NCBI RefSeq assembly: GCF_000485595.1
Contig: NW_014577084.1
Span: 373,225-426,729 of the forward strand
Direction of reading: 5' to 3'
Source: Priapulus caudatus
Lineage: Eukaryota
Length of the DNA stretch: 53,505 nt
Under the pieces are notes generated by a model. That model was not told the origin of the DNA. It made no database searches and was given only the letters and a program-made list of their open reading frames with translations. Position 1 is the first letter of the stretch. Every line of letters begins with the position of its first letter. The position numbers and the translations under genes are program-made. Of the stretch, positions 1-11,990 are shown piece by piece.

Positions 1-84
1 CACACAGCATGCATCTAACTTGTTGTAAATTCACATTCATCCTCAATTTAGCCCTTGTATTTTTATTTCAAAACCTTGTCAAAA

Positions 85-1155
85 CCGCGCGCGCGCAAAT
101 TCAAAACGCTGTTCGCTCAGCGCGCGGGTTGTTTACAAGCTGGCAACGGGCAATCTGGCGAATGGGAATCTAACATTTCTGACTTCAATTTGCAATCTAT
201 TTCAACTTCATTTCATTCATTCATTTACTTCTAAATTCAATTCGTATCAATTTCGTCTGCTAATTCGTTTAACAGTACTTGTTCGAAGACATTAAAATCT
301 CGCGATTAAAATCTGCTGAGTAACCCTCCATGGGGGCCGCCATCTTGGATAAAGCGAGCACACAGCGAGCGCTCGTGTGTCGTTCAAGAGGCGCTGCGTT
401 CGTGCAGCGAGCGTTTGCATCGAACGTTCGCTCTGTTGAACACGCCTCAGGAGTGTTTGCATGCCATAATTATGTTTACATATATCGTATTTGGCAGCTT
501 GTAAGACGCCCGATGCATTATTAGACGCGCTCACCGCACACGAGGGGAACCAGCTCAAACAAAAGTTACTCGTGGCCAATTCATCACACTGTTGAGTCGT
601 TTCCTCTCGCGGTTCGTAGACCGCGCACGAGAGGAATCAGCTCAGCACTTTTCCCACAACTCGTCAACAATAACCAATCAACAATGTCGCTGACTATTTC
701 ACTGGGCGCATTCATTTTGAAAGTAGTGAAGACGCATGCGCATTGGTATAGCGAGAGTGAGGAAACAGCTCAGTTCATCACACACGGTGAGTTTTTCGCC
801 ACGCGTGACCAAAAATATCAAACACGTTTATGGCAGGCGAGGTGGGACACAAATGGTATTTAGTGACAGTCACAAATTCGAAGTAATGTCTATCATATAT
901 TCTATTTAGTGAATATCATATATTCCATTTAGTGACAGTCATTAAATCAACCCATCAGATACAACTTATTTTTTCTCAGCCAATCATGGGCATGGAATTA
1001 TTGACAAACAGTAAATGATTTAATGATAGACACAAATGGTATTTAGTGACAGTCACAAATTCGAATTAATGTCTATCATATATTCTATTTAGTGACTATC
1101 ATAGATATTCCATTTAGTGACAGTCATTAAATCAACGGTATCAGATGCAACTTTA
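85..1155 (+). repeat. ~1.1 kb segment duplicated at ~6615-7700 (both copies indel-rich)
   Basis: Colinear shared sequence, e.g. TTTCTGACTTCAATTTGC, GTAACCCTCCATGGGGG, GTTACTCGTGGCCAAT and GCATGCGCATTGGTATA, occurs in both places with scattered single-base indels. Confidence 0.85.
830..1155 (+). mobile_element. Truncated copy of the TGGCAGGC-TIR MITE with an internal tandem duplication
   Basis: Begins TA|TGGCAGGCGAGGTGGGACACAAATGGTATTTAGTGAC, as at 4084. GACACAAATGGTATTTAGTGACAGTCACAAATTCG is repeated ~180 bp later. No right TIR. Confidence 0.7.
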
Positions 1156-3014
1156 CCATCCTGGTTCAGCCACAAGGTTTTCTGTGAATTGGTTTACAAT
1201 GAGTTCACATATTTGCCGACGTCGTCAGACAAGATGAAAATAAGACAGGGTAATGCTTTACATAAGTTTATTGTTTGAAATTAATAATATATAGTGCTAT
1301 CATGTACGTTTTTCGTTAATTTTTTCTAAATTTTGATTACCACAAAATGTTTCATTTTTCTGTGATAGAGAAGCTATATATATATAAGCAGAAATCTATT
1401 ACAATGTAGTTACAATAGTATGAAGGAAAGTTTAAATTTATGTAGCCTATATGTATATTTTATGTATATCCTTTAGCAGATGGTTGAAAGTAGTGTATAT
1501 GAAATACAGCCTTAAACCAATAAGCAGTATGAATAAATGGATAGTTCCAAGTTTCTTCGTGAGGTCTTGAATCAAACATTGAATTCACCACATTAGGCAA
1601 TACCCAAGAGTAAAGTGTACGAAATTAATTATTACAATATAAAAAATATATATATCCACATTGGGGTGTGAATTGTCAATAGTAATGCCGAAGCAGCAAG
1701 TTGGAGATCTCACGTTTACTAATTATGGTTGTACCTTAGCAGCATTTCACACATGGTGAATGACCATTTCATTACTTGAGTTAACATTCACGCGACAGAA
1801 TTCCTATGTTGCAACAACGATTCATTGCGTAAACGTTGGCCACAATTCCTGGGCAGGTTGTCAGAAACATCGTAACGTATGTTAAGACTATTGACGACGA
1901 ATAGACGACGAATTATTAGACGACGATATTAGAATATATAGACGACGATATTAGACATATTAAACGACGAATTTTGTTTCTGATAACGGGCCCCTGGCTT
2001 CGTTTGTTCGTGTCTTTATCATAATGCGAAAGTGGGTAAGCACACAATGCCAGTGTAGTTCTTCCTTTATTTACTTCAATATAGCACGTTGCTGAGGGAC
2101 AGACAGAGAGCACGCGTGCGTGTGAGATGGAGGGTGGTAGCGAAAGAAGGAGGAAGTGGGGGGAAGGCAATAAGCAGTGAACGTGATTCACGTAAATACG
2201 ATGACGCAGCACCGCGTCCACGTAACTTTTCTAGATGATCAGTGCTGCAGTCCGCTGGACAATCTATTTCACCCGCTCGCTGCCGTGCTGGCTTGTCACA
2301 GTCAGTGCGTGATGGGGATCCAGTTGTTGTCCTGGATGACATTGGCGCCAGGACTTGCATCGGGAATGCTGTTGCACTGAGGCATTCTTCCTTTGGTCTC
2401 GCTGCCCGCAATCGTCTTGCCATTTCGCTCGGTGCAGAAACAGCGACCTAGCGAATAGATGTTTAAAACTCGTATCATTGAACATTCAGGTAATTTCTTT
2501 CATTTCTCAGCAAGATACTCGACGGTTGCAAAAAAAGCAGTGTGCAACGGTTTATTCTTTGTATTAGCGAAAAACTCGTCTCGATGAGGAAGGTTATAGA
2601 AGTGAAATTCGTGAATATTTTCACTAGCGTACCAATCCAAACATTTTGTAGTTTGTACGTTTTTAGTTCGTTGCGCTAAAACATGTTTGATGACGTTTTT
2701 GCTGGGTATTGGTTAATTTATCAAATATTAAAAATTAGTTTCATTTGTCACTTACCATCATTCGTACACTGCTCTGTCTCGTATGAACCATCAAATAGGC
2801 TGCACTTTGGGATCCAGATGTCAAACATCAGGACAGGAGGTGCTGACAGTGCCATCTCTCGGTGCATCTGGCACTTTGACATTTGTGTAAAGTCAAAGCC
2901 GAAGGGTATGCCTTGTCGTTTTACGGATGGTAATCTGATATACCTAAAAAAAAATGTTGCGCAGCGTGTGAAATATCCGTCGGTGCGGGCCACACGTTTG
3001 AAAGAAGTACGTCG

Positions 3015-3990
3015 TACTACTACTACTACTACTAACTGGCACTGCCTGGACTCGCTGCTACTGTTGCTGCTGCTGCTGGCTGCTGGCTACTTGCTCTACT
3101 GCTCTCGCTGGCTTCTGCGTACTGCCCTACTACTACGCGCTGCTTCTGCTTCTCCTACCTGCTTACTACCTACTCTGCTGATCTGGCTACTACTGCCTAA
3201 CTTGCTGACTGCTACTGCTACGCTACTACTCTGCTGTTCTCTAGCCTACTACTCCTGCTGCTTTCTGCTACTGAATACTATATCTGGGATTCTGCTACTA
3301 CTGCTTACTGCCACTGCCCACCTGCCACTGCCACTGCTGCGGCTGCCTACTGCTACTGATCCATCTACTACTGTGCCTGTTCTGCCTACTACTGCTACTG
3401 CCCACGCACTGCCACTGCCACTGCTGCCTGCTGCTACTTGACTGACTACTGCTGCTTCTGCTCTCGCCTTTCTGCCTTTACTGCTACTGATACTACTACT
3501 GCTGATTCTGCTACTACTGCTACTGCCACTGCCACTGCCACTGCCACTGCTGCTGCTGCTTCTGCTACTGATACTACTACTGCTGATTCTGCTAACTATC
3601 GTACTCACTGCCCACCTGCCACTGCCACTGCCTGCTGCGATGGCTACTGCTACTACCTGCCTGCTTGCTGCTTCTGCTCTGTACTGCTACTGCCCTACTA
3701 CTACTGTCGCTTATCGTGCTACTGCTACTGCCTACTGACTACTGCTGCTGTTTCTGCTACTACTACTGCCCTGCTTCTGCCTACTGATACTACTACTAGC
3801 TACTGCTACTGCCACTGCCACTGCTGCTGCTGCTACTGCTACTACTGCACTGCTTCTGCTTCTGCTACTGCTACTACTACTGCTGCTTCTGCTTCTGCTA
3901 CTACTACTGCTGCTTCTGCTACTACTACTGCTGATTCTGCTACTACTGCTACTGCTACTGCTGCTACTCCTGCTTCTGATACTACTATGG
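3015..3990. repeat. Degenerate CTA/CTG/CCA trinucleotide low-complexity tract
   Basis: Continuous ctact/ctgct/ccact motifs. The overlapping poly-L/T/A/S/C ORFs are by-products. Confidence 0.9.
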
Positions 3991-4083
3991 TTCCTCGTGA
4001 TTACTATAGGTGTTGATTGATCAAATAATCCCGTTACATCAGGGCGGATATGACTGTGAAAGCATGTACTGAACGACATACTA

Positions 4084-4386
4084 TGGCAGGCGAGGTGGGA
4101 CACAAATGGTATTTAGTGACGGTCACAAATTCGAATTAATGTCTATCATATATTCTATCATCTATGTAAGACACTAAAGGATTTAGTGTTTGTCAATAAA
4201 TGATTTAGTGACAGTCATTAAATCACTTAGTGTCTTACACTAAATCATTTAGTGTATATCATTAAATCATTTAATGTTTGTCAATAATTCCATGCCTATG
4301 AATGGCTGAGAAAAAAATAAGTTGTATCTGATTGGTTGATTTAATGACTGTCACTAAATACCATTTGTCTCCCACATAGCCTGCCA
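4084..4386. mobile_element. Complete MITE, ~37 bp TIRs, TA target-site duplication
   Basis: TA|TGGCAGGCGAGGTGGGACACAAATGGTATTTAGTGAC ... GTCACTAAATACCATTTGTCTCCCACATAGCCTGCCA|TA. Related ends occur at 830, 7350 and 9539, all flanked by TA. Confidence 0.9.
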
Positions 4387-4939
4387 TAAACGACAGCTAA
4401 AGCCATCTCTTACACCAGTAAATGTTATGGCGTTGGCCCAAGACAATCATTTCAACGCGTTCTAACAATTAGTGTGCTGTCTCATATTAGGCATATATAA
4501 TGTCATATATGTCCTATTTAGGCAGCCTAAATTAGATTAGATTAGATTATATTAGACTAGACTTAATTTAGTATTGAAATTATTATAATAATTAAGTTTA
4601 ACTGCTGGCGTTAGTAGAAGGGCATGAACAGACTATAAAGACATTATGAATAAGTTGGAAGGCGGTACTATACCGCGTGTGCTGGCGATTACAACTGTAA
4701 ACGGCATGGCAGGAGTGTTGTGAAATTATATATATAATATATAATATGAGTGTCATAATATAGATAATATAATAATATAGAGCTATATTTATGACACTGC
4801 TGATTTCATTGCTAACGTAGAAACCGTCACATGGGCAGAAGAGATGTTGTCGAATTAAATCTAAATATTAAATTCATATCTAGCTACTAACGATACACGA
4901 GTGACCAGCCTATGGCAATTGTCTGGTTCGAGATATCAA

Positions 4940-5075
4940 ACATTTCCGATCTTCAGAAACATTGTTCGGAACAAATGTTCGGCGACTTTTTTCACCGCAC
5001 ATTGCCGAACATTTCATGGAACATTGCTACGATAATGTTTTTGAGCAAAATGTTCGGCAATGTGCGCCGGGCTTA
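4940..5075. mobile_element. MITE remnant with internal inverted repeat (Harbinger-like end)
   Basis: GCACATTGCCGAACATTT (4997-5014) and AAATGTTCGGCAATGTGC (5048-5065) are reverse complements. The end GTGCGCCGGGC|TTA resembles PIF/Harbinger termini. Confidence 0.45.
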
Positions 5076-5814
5076 ACGTCGCGTTCGTGCGTGTGCGTGC
5101 ACGCGCGCGTTTGGTAGACAGCGCCGTCTGTAGTAGTTAAAAAGTGTGGGGGGGGCAATTCGATAAGAATCAGTGCCAATTGTACCCATCCTACTCCTGT
5201 CTCCCTCGTATTCTGCAGCTAACGTCTCGAATACTTGTTTCCTCTTTGAGTGCATTACCTGACTTGAAATTATTTGTTTAATTCAATATGAAAACTAATC
5301 ATCTCTCGTGCTCGCATACTTTTAAAAATAGTGAAGATTTGTTCCAAGCAAATACGAAGGATGTCGTATACGCACTTTAATTTCATTACCTGAACGGGCA
5401 AATTGCAATTTTGCGCTCAATTCGGCTATTTAATTACTTGCAAGCGCAGTTCGAATAAGCAAACGCAATATTACTACCGGTATGCGCAGCCTTTAACGTA
5501 CGTCCGTGACTTCATGCGACCATGAGAGCTTTCGGGAAAGCTTACAAGAGCTGCTGCATTATTGCACAGGTCGGATGTTGACTAAAGATAACAACGACAG
5601 CAGATTCCACTTATATAGATTTGATTTTGCAGAAGGTAGAGAGTTGGGGCGGGGGAAATTAATAGATAGCGACCAAACATAGGAGATTTAGCGCACACGA
5701 GAGAGTAGGAGAGAGGGAGGAAGGGAGAGAGTGACAAATAACACGAGTGTGTAAGAGAAGAAAGCGGGAGTGAGAGCGAAGAATAACATAAAGAGAGAGA
5801 GAGAGAAATGGAGG

Positions 5815-5915
5815 GATGGTGAACGGGTGAGAGAGCGAAACTGAACGGGTGAGAGGGAGAGAGACTGAACGGGTGAGAGGGAGAGAGACTGAACGGGTGA
5901 GAGGGAGAGAGACTG
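5815..5915. repeat. 24-bp minisatellite (GACTGAACGGGTGAGAGGGAGAGA), ~4 copies
   Basis: Direct tandem copies immediately before the N gap. Confidence 0.85.
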
Positions 5916-5922
5916 GGCAAAA

Positions 5923-5947
5923 NNNNNNNNNNNNNNNNNNNNNNNNN
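5923..5947. other. Assembly gap (25 N)
   Basis: 25 Ns; gaps of the same length occur at 28156-28180 and 46154-46178. Confidence 0.98.
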
Positions 5948-6530
5948 GCGCGCGCGCATGTGTCTGTGTGTGTGTGTGCGTGCGTAGCGTGCGTGTGTGT
6001 GTGCGTGTGTGTGTGTGTGTGTTTGGTGTAGTGTGTGATGTGTGTGATGTGTGTGTGTGTGTGTGTGTGTGTGTTTGTGTGTGTGATGGACTGTGTGTGT
6101 GTGACGCCGCGCGAGTCGCGCGCACGTGTGTGTGCGTGCGGTGTGTGTAGGTGTGCTGCGCAGTGTGGCGTGGCGTGTGTGTGTGTGCGTGCGCGTGATG
6201 TGTGTGATGCGGCGTGCTGATGAGCGACCTGTCGTGTGTGTGTGCCTTAGCATCGGTTGCGTGTGTGTGCCTGTGTGTGGCCTACGCGCCGCGGTGTGTG
6301 TTGTGTTGGGTGTGTGTGTAGGCGTGCGCGTGTGTGTGCTTGTGCGCGTGCGCGCGCGCTGGTGTGGTCCCTGCCCTTGCTTGCGTGTGTGTGTGTGCAC
6401 GTGTTGAAGTGCGTGGCCATGCGTTATGTATGTATTGTATGTATGTATGTATGTATGTATGTATATGTTGTGTGTGCGTGGTGCGTCGCTCGATGGGTGC
6501 GTTTGCCGTGCGTGTGTGCTGTGTGTGTGC
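5948..6530. repeat. Degenerate (GT)n/(GC)n/(GTAT)n microsatellite
   Basis: Directly visible; source of the spurious CV-/HT-rich ORFs. Confidence 0.9.
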
Positions 6531-6614
6531 GGATTGGCCGCTGTCTGTTTTCAGAGCGCTAATGCATCGCTGTACAGAGAGACGTGTTCAGGCAGACGCG
6601 AACGCTCGCGAGCT

Positions 6615-7700
6615 CAGCGCGCGCGCCAAGCTCCCAGAGGCCTGCTTCGCGCAGCGCAGGACGAGTTGTTTTTCCAGATGGCGAACGGGCAAACGTTTCT
6701 GACTTCAATTTGCATCTATTTCAACTTTCATTTCATTTTTCATTCATTCATTCATTCTAAATTCAATGCGTATCAATTTCTGTCTGCAATTCGTTTACGT
6801 ATGTTCGAGGCATTTAAAATCTGCCTGCAGTAACCCTCCATGGGGGCGCATCTTGCGATTAAAGCGAGCACCAGCGAGCGCTCGTGTGTCGTTCAAAGAG
6901 GCGCTGGTTGGTGCAGCGAGCCGTTGCATCGAACGTTCGCCTCTGTTGAACACCGCCTCAGGACTGTTTTGCATGCAATAATTTGTTTCACATATATCGT
7001 ATTTGGAAGCTTGTAGACGCCCGATGCATTATTTAAGCGACGCGTCACCGCACACGAGGGGGAACGCAGCCTCAACACAAAGTTACTCGTGGCCAATGTC
7101 ATCACACTGTTGAGTCGTTTCCTCTCGCGTTCGTAGACCGCGCACCGAGGAATCAGCTCAGCACTTGTTCCACAACTCGTAAACAATAACCAATCAACAA
7201 TGTCGCTGCTATTTCACTGGGCGCATTCATTTTGAGTAGTGAAGAACGCATGCGCATTGGTATATAGCGAAGAGTGAGAAACAAGTCATCGTTCATGCGC
7301 ACACGGTGAGTTTTTCCCACGGCCGTGACCAAAAATATCAACACGTTTATGGCGGCGGAGGTGGGAACAAATGGATTTATGTTGACAGTCCAATTCGAAG
7401 TATGCCTATCATATATTCTATTTAGTGATATCATATATTCCATTTCAGTGGACATCATTAAATCAACCCATCAGATACAATTATTTTTTCTCAGCCAATA
7501 TGGGCATGGAATTATGACAAACACTAAATGATGTAATGATAGACACAAAATGGGATATTTGAGTTGACCATCACAAATTTCGAATAATGTCTTCAATATT
7601 CTATTTATGACTATCTTAGATATTCCATGTAGTGACAGCATTAAATCAACGAGTATCAGATGCAACTTGTTTTTTTCTGCGCAAATCATAGGCATGGAAT
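6615..7700 (+). repeat. Second, noisy copy of 85-1155
   Basis: Colinear with 85-1155, with many single-base indels. Confidence 0.85.
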
Positions 7701-7702
7701 TA

Positions 7703-8918
7703 TTTGTCATCGTCGCGGGATACTTATGGTTTTCTGTCTCCCCAGCCGCCTCTGCCCGCGCTCCCTCGGTCCGCCGCCCAGAGATTTCCCTCTCCTCTAG
7801 AACTCGACCCTATATTGACTAGGTGACCAAATTGGTATACTTACCGATCTTGTGGAGAAGGTGTGCAGAGTACCAAACACAGGGCACTGCCGACCTTATT
7901 GACCTTTACGCTTGGCCTTGATCATATTTCCTTCTGCTCTCTAATCGGGCCCTAATTGAGCCTAGCGCTTACCAAACTTGGTATACTATACATCTTGGGG
8001 CGGAAGGTGGAGGCTACCCAAAACCAGGTTCACCTGCGACCTTTTACCTTGACTTGATTATATTTCCCTTGCCCGCTCTCTAACTCGCGCCCGGCATCTG
8101 ACTAGCGCGTTACCAATTGGTATACTTACCACATCTTGCGGGAGAGGTGAGCAGCCGGTACCAACCAGGTCACTGCGACTTTATTTGACTTTACCTTTGA
8201 CCTTGATCATATTTCCCTTTGCTTTCTAATCGGGCCCCTAAATTACCTGCGCTAACAAACTTAGGTTACTTCACATGCTGGGGAGAGGTGAACAGACGTA
8301 CAAACAAAGGTCCACGGCGACCTTTACTTGACCTTTGATTTATATTTCCCTTCCGCTCTTTTAACTCGGCGCCACCTTAGATATGACTAGCGTTACCAAA
8401 ATTTGGTATACTTACACATCTTGGTGGAGAAGAGTGAGCAGGTACCAACAGGTCACTGGCACGACCTTTATTTGACCTTTAGCTTGACCTTGATCATATT
8501 TCCCTTTCTTGCCTCTCTTAACCGCGCCCCTAATTTGACTAGCGTACCACAACTTGCTTGCTTACACATCTGTGGGGAGAAGGTGAACAGGCGTACCAAA
8601 CCAGCGTCACTAGCGACTTTACCTTGACCTTGATTTATTTCTACCTTACCGCTCTTAATCGGCCCTAATTGACCTGCCGTCACCAACTTGGTATATTACC
8701 TTACACATCTTATGGGAAAAATGTGTCTTGCGTACCGGAAACCAGGTCACTGCAACCGTTTATTTGACATTGACCTTGACCTTGACTTCATCATATTTCT
8801 CTTCCACTCTATAACGTCGGCCCCTAATTGACTAGCAGCGACCAAATTTCGTATACTTACACATCTTGGGGAGAACACGGGGGATACATGTAGTTGGCGA
8901 CAACTGCCTTTTCTAGTT
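7703..8918 (+). mobile_element. Helentron-type non-autonomous element (HINE/DINE-1-like) with central tandem array
   Basis: Noisy 5' end CGGGATACTTATGG plus a degenerate GTCC tract. About 8-9 units of ~125-140 bp (CCCTAATTGACTAGCGTTACCAAACTTGGTATACTTACACATCTTGGGGAGAAGGTG...GGTCACTGCGACCTTTATTTGACC...TTGACCTTGATCATATTTCC). 3' subTIR CACGGGGGATAC, hairpin AGTTG-GCGA-CAACT (8892-8905), T-rich end. Confidence 0.65.
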
Positions 8919-9386
8919 ATAAGCGTAGGTTGTGAGCCCGCGTAACAGGTACGTGTAATCGTATAGTGTCCAGGTTCGTTGTACAACAGATACGTGTGCT
9001 ATTGCATTTAAGCCACAGACAGTATAATGCTATAACCACAGAATTGCTACGGTTACTCTATTCTTTAATGAACAACATCGCGGCAGTTTGATTCATGTTC
9101 TCATAGTTCACATAGTTCACATTTGTCGGCGGCGTTCGTTGTTTGATCTTCATCAGTCGGCATGCGACATCAAGGTGTGATGTCCTTCTATAGGTACTAA
9201 AATGTCATAGTGTCGCCTTTCTACTTTCTCTCTCTGCCGTCGCATATTTTCTCTTCTTTTGTTTGGTCACGCGCGAGACACGCGTGCGGCGTGTGCGGCT
9301 GGTGACGAGAGCAGGACCTGGTGTCCTTCGCTTGTTGCCTTGGCTGTTGCTAAAATAACCTATGACGTGATCTGCTTACGTTTAAT

Positions 9387-9442
9387 GACCCGTGTCGCTG
9401 GGTTTTATACTAGGACCCGTGACCGCTGGGTTTTATACTAGG
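9387..9442 (+). repeat. Two tandem 27-28 bp units resembling Helitron 3' termini
   Basis: GACCCGTG(T/AC)CGCTGGGTTTTATACTAG x2: an ACCC...GGGT hairpin followed by CTAG. Confidence 0.5.
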
Positions 9443-9630
9443 TTAATTAATTCGATATCTACGTCATTACATTATTGACAAACACTAAATGATTTCATGA
9501 TAGAAACTAAATACCATTTGTGTCCCACCTCGCCTGCCATACACGTTGGATATTTATCTCAACGGCACGAATGACTATAAAACCTCACACAAATTTGCCC
9601 GCACACGAGAGGAAACGGCTCAACAGTGTG

Positions 9631-9946
9631 AGGAATTGGCCACGAGTAACGTTTGTCTGAGCTGATTCCCCTCGTGTGCGGTAGGCTTTAGAAGGAAATA
9701 ACCTTCTATATGGTAAGAAAATGGTTTGATCGCATATTGGCTATATTAACTAACAAGTCTGTCCTCATCATAAACACGGCATCAGGAATTCATCAGGAAT
9801 TGGCCACGAGTAACGTTTGTCTGAGCTGATTCCCCTCGTGTGCGGTATAGGCTTTAGAAGGAAATAACCTTCTATATGGTAAGAAAATGGTTTGATCGCA
9901 TATTGGCTATATTAACTAACAAGTCTGTCCTCATCATAAACACGGC
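9631..9946 (+). repeat. ~150 bp tandem duplication
   Basis: AGGAATTGGCCACGAG...CATCATAAACACGGC at 9631-9780 and again at ~9795-9946, nearly identical. Confidence 0.9.
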
Positions 9947-11036
9947 GCAACCCTCCATTTTCCGGTTACTCATTCTTGTTTTTACGTCGCAAATCCCCTA
10001 TATTTTATGAACTCACAGAACCATCATCATCAGTTCGTATACACTGTTGGCTATTCTACTCAGGTGTATAATGTAACGTGCCGTTGCTAAAGAAATCTTA
10101 GCTGGCACGCCGACCGTCAATTTGTAGGACGCAATGTGCAAAAACCACAAAACACGGTATCTAGAATTGGCTCTCGTCACATGCGGGCTACGGCTCTGGA
10201 TAGGCTTTTATATTGTCAATCTACTTATTTGTAAGTATTTGGTTTCTACTTTAATTATATGTGACGTCAACCAACTAGTATTTCGTTTGGTTGATAGCGC
10301 GCGTGCATGAGCACGGATTTTGTCCCCATCCCACAGTATGTATGGAAGTTTAGGACGACTAGAAATAGAATAAATTTATTTTTCATATCAAACCACTCAT
10401 GCATTCATATCAAACCACTCATGCATGTGTGCTCTCTGCTTTTTAATATGTAATTTTATCAAAACAATATTTCATTTGGCAAACATTGGATATGAGCGAT
10501 CGCGGATTCGACCCTATGCTAAACAGCATTAGGAAATTCCGGAACTGTAACTGGGGAATTGTGACTGTGGGCGCCTCGCTGGTAAAGTGAGGCACTGCGA
10601 TAGTAATTTTTCATGTCAACCTCCTGCTAGCCGTGGGCGGGTGTTTTCTACTGTAAATGTATCATTTTACTAAAACTATGTTTTGTTGGCAAACATCAGG
10701 AATACGGGAATGCGTATATCATGTACTGGTTAGATATATAAATCACGTTTATAAACCTGGAGAACCGTATATACGAGGATAATTTTCTTCTGTAATTTAT
10801 TTACATGGTTATTTGCATATATTAGGCATACAACATTATTTTCGTCAGACTTCTAGGGGGCAGATGTCCTCTGCTCACGAAGACTGCCGCCGTGCTAGAA
10901 ATTACTCATAGTAAAACAATTTCTCAGCGATCTAGACGGGGCCAGCTGCCCGCTTGTCACTCGCTCTGACGTTCAAGTTAGTTCCGGAGTTGGTTACCGC
11001 GGTGATCGTCCCACATAAGGTACGGGATCGCGTAAC

Positions 11037-11283
11037 GCTCATAGGGTCTATGTCCCCCCAGGGTACTGCCGGAACGTATCCTGGGTACGGTCCGGTATAC
11101 TGGAACGTACCCTGGTAACTATTTGATATGGTTATAGGGTTAAGGTTAGGCTTAGGGTTAGGGAGTATAGGCGTAGGCAACTCCCTAGACTCGTTAGTGG
11201 AGTAGGCGAGGTACGGTCCGGCACCGTACCCAGGGTACGTTCCCGCTTCCGGCAGTACCCTGGGGGACATAGACCCTTTCAGC
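11037..11283. mobile_element. Mutator-like MITE, copy 1
   Basis: TIR GCTCATAGGGTCTATGTCCCCCAGGGTACTGCCGGAA / TTCCGGCAGTACCCTGGGGGACATAGACCCTTTCAGC. Degenerate 9-bp TSD TCGCGTAAC / TCTTGTAAC. Internal TTAGGG-like tract. Confidence 0.85.
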
Positions 11284-11344
11284 TCTTGTAACGTTAGGTC
11301 TTATATGTGCTATATATGAGAGCCTGCCAGGCTCACGTGGCGTG

Positions 11345-11980
11345 GGCATGCGCGTGTAGTGTAGGAAGGATGTGATCACATGGCGTGTGCGAGCGTGTGT
11401 AGTGTAGGAAGAATGTGATCACATGGCGTGTGCGTGCGTGTGTAGTGTAAGAAGGATGTGGTAACATTACGGTGTGCGTGCGTGTGTAGTGTAGGAAGAA
11501 TGTGATCACATGGCGTGTATGTGCGTGTGTAGTGTAGGAAGAATGTAATCACATGGCGTGTGCGAGCGTGTGTAGTGTAGGAAGAATGTGATAACATTAC
11601 GGTGTGCGTGCGTGTGTAGTGTAGGAAGGATGTGATAACATTACGGTGTGCGTGCGTGTGTAGTGTAGGAAGGATGTGATAACATTACGGTGTGCGTGCG
11701 TGTGTAGTGTAGGAAGGATGTGATAACATTACGGTGTGCGTGTGTAGTGTAGGAAGGATGTGATAACATTACGGTGAGCGTGCGTGTGTAGTGTAGGAAG
11801 GATGTGATAACATTACGGTGAGCGTGTGTAGTGTAGGAAGGATGTGATAACATTACGGTGAGCGTGTGTAGTGTAGGAAGGATGTGATAACATTACCGTG
11901 TGCGTGTGTAGTGTAGGAAGGATGTGATAACATTACGGTGAGCGTGTGTAGTGTAGGAAGGATGTGATAACATTACGGTG
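11345..11980. repeat. 39-43 bp minisatellite (GTGTGTAGTGTAGGAAGGATGTGATAACATTACGGTG[TA]GC[GTGC]), ~15 copies
   Basis: Direct tandem copies running into the 10-N gap at 11981-11990. Confidence 0.95.
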
Positions 11981-11990
11981 NNNNNNNNNN

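Larger units (their letters stand above)
7350..9539. mobile_element. TGGCAGGC-TIR MITE split by inserted elements
   Basis: Noisy left end at 7350. The right end ATACCATTTGTGTCCCACCTCGCCTGCCA|TA is at 9539. The internal motif ATTATT(T)G.CA breaks at ~7708 and resumes at ~9471. Confidence 0.6.
7047..9686. mobile_element. Outer long-TIR MITE (Harbinger-like) disrupted by nested insertions
   Basis: An ~85 bp left arm ACCGCACACGAGGGG...GTTACTCGTGGCCAAT...CACACTGTTGAG.CGTTTCCTCTCG (7047-7130; also 533-610) is the reverse complement of 9598-9686, which ends GCGGTAGGC|TTTA. Confidence 0.6.

Noticed and set aside
2076..2423. 115-aa minus-strand ORF in a GC-richer island, a possible first exon
   Set aside because: No recognisable homology and no convincing splice donor. 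Not excluded, but unsupported.
2683..4103. Long Leu/Thr/Ala/Ser-rich ORFs (mucin- or antifreeze-like)
   Set aside because: By-products of a noisy trinucleotide tract; the frames switch and there is no splice support.
5582..6833. His/Thr- and Cys/Val-rich ORFs
   Set aside because: Translations of a GT microsatellite, some spanning an N gap.
85..7700. 1.1 kb duplication (85-1155 vs 6615-7700) as a biological segmental duplication
   Set aside because: The differences are mostly single-base indels and the second copy follows a 25-N gap, so a gap-fill artefact is more likely. Much of it is also MITE sequence.
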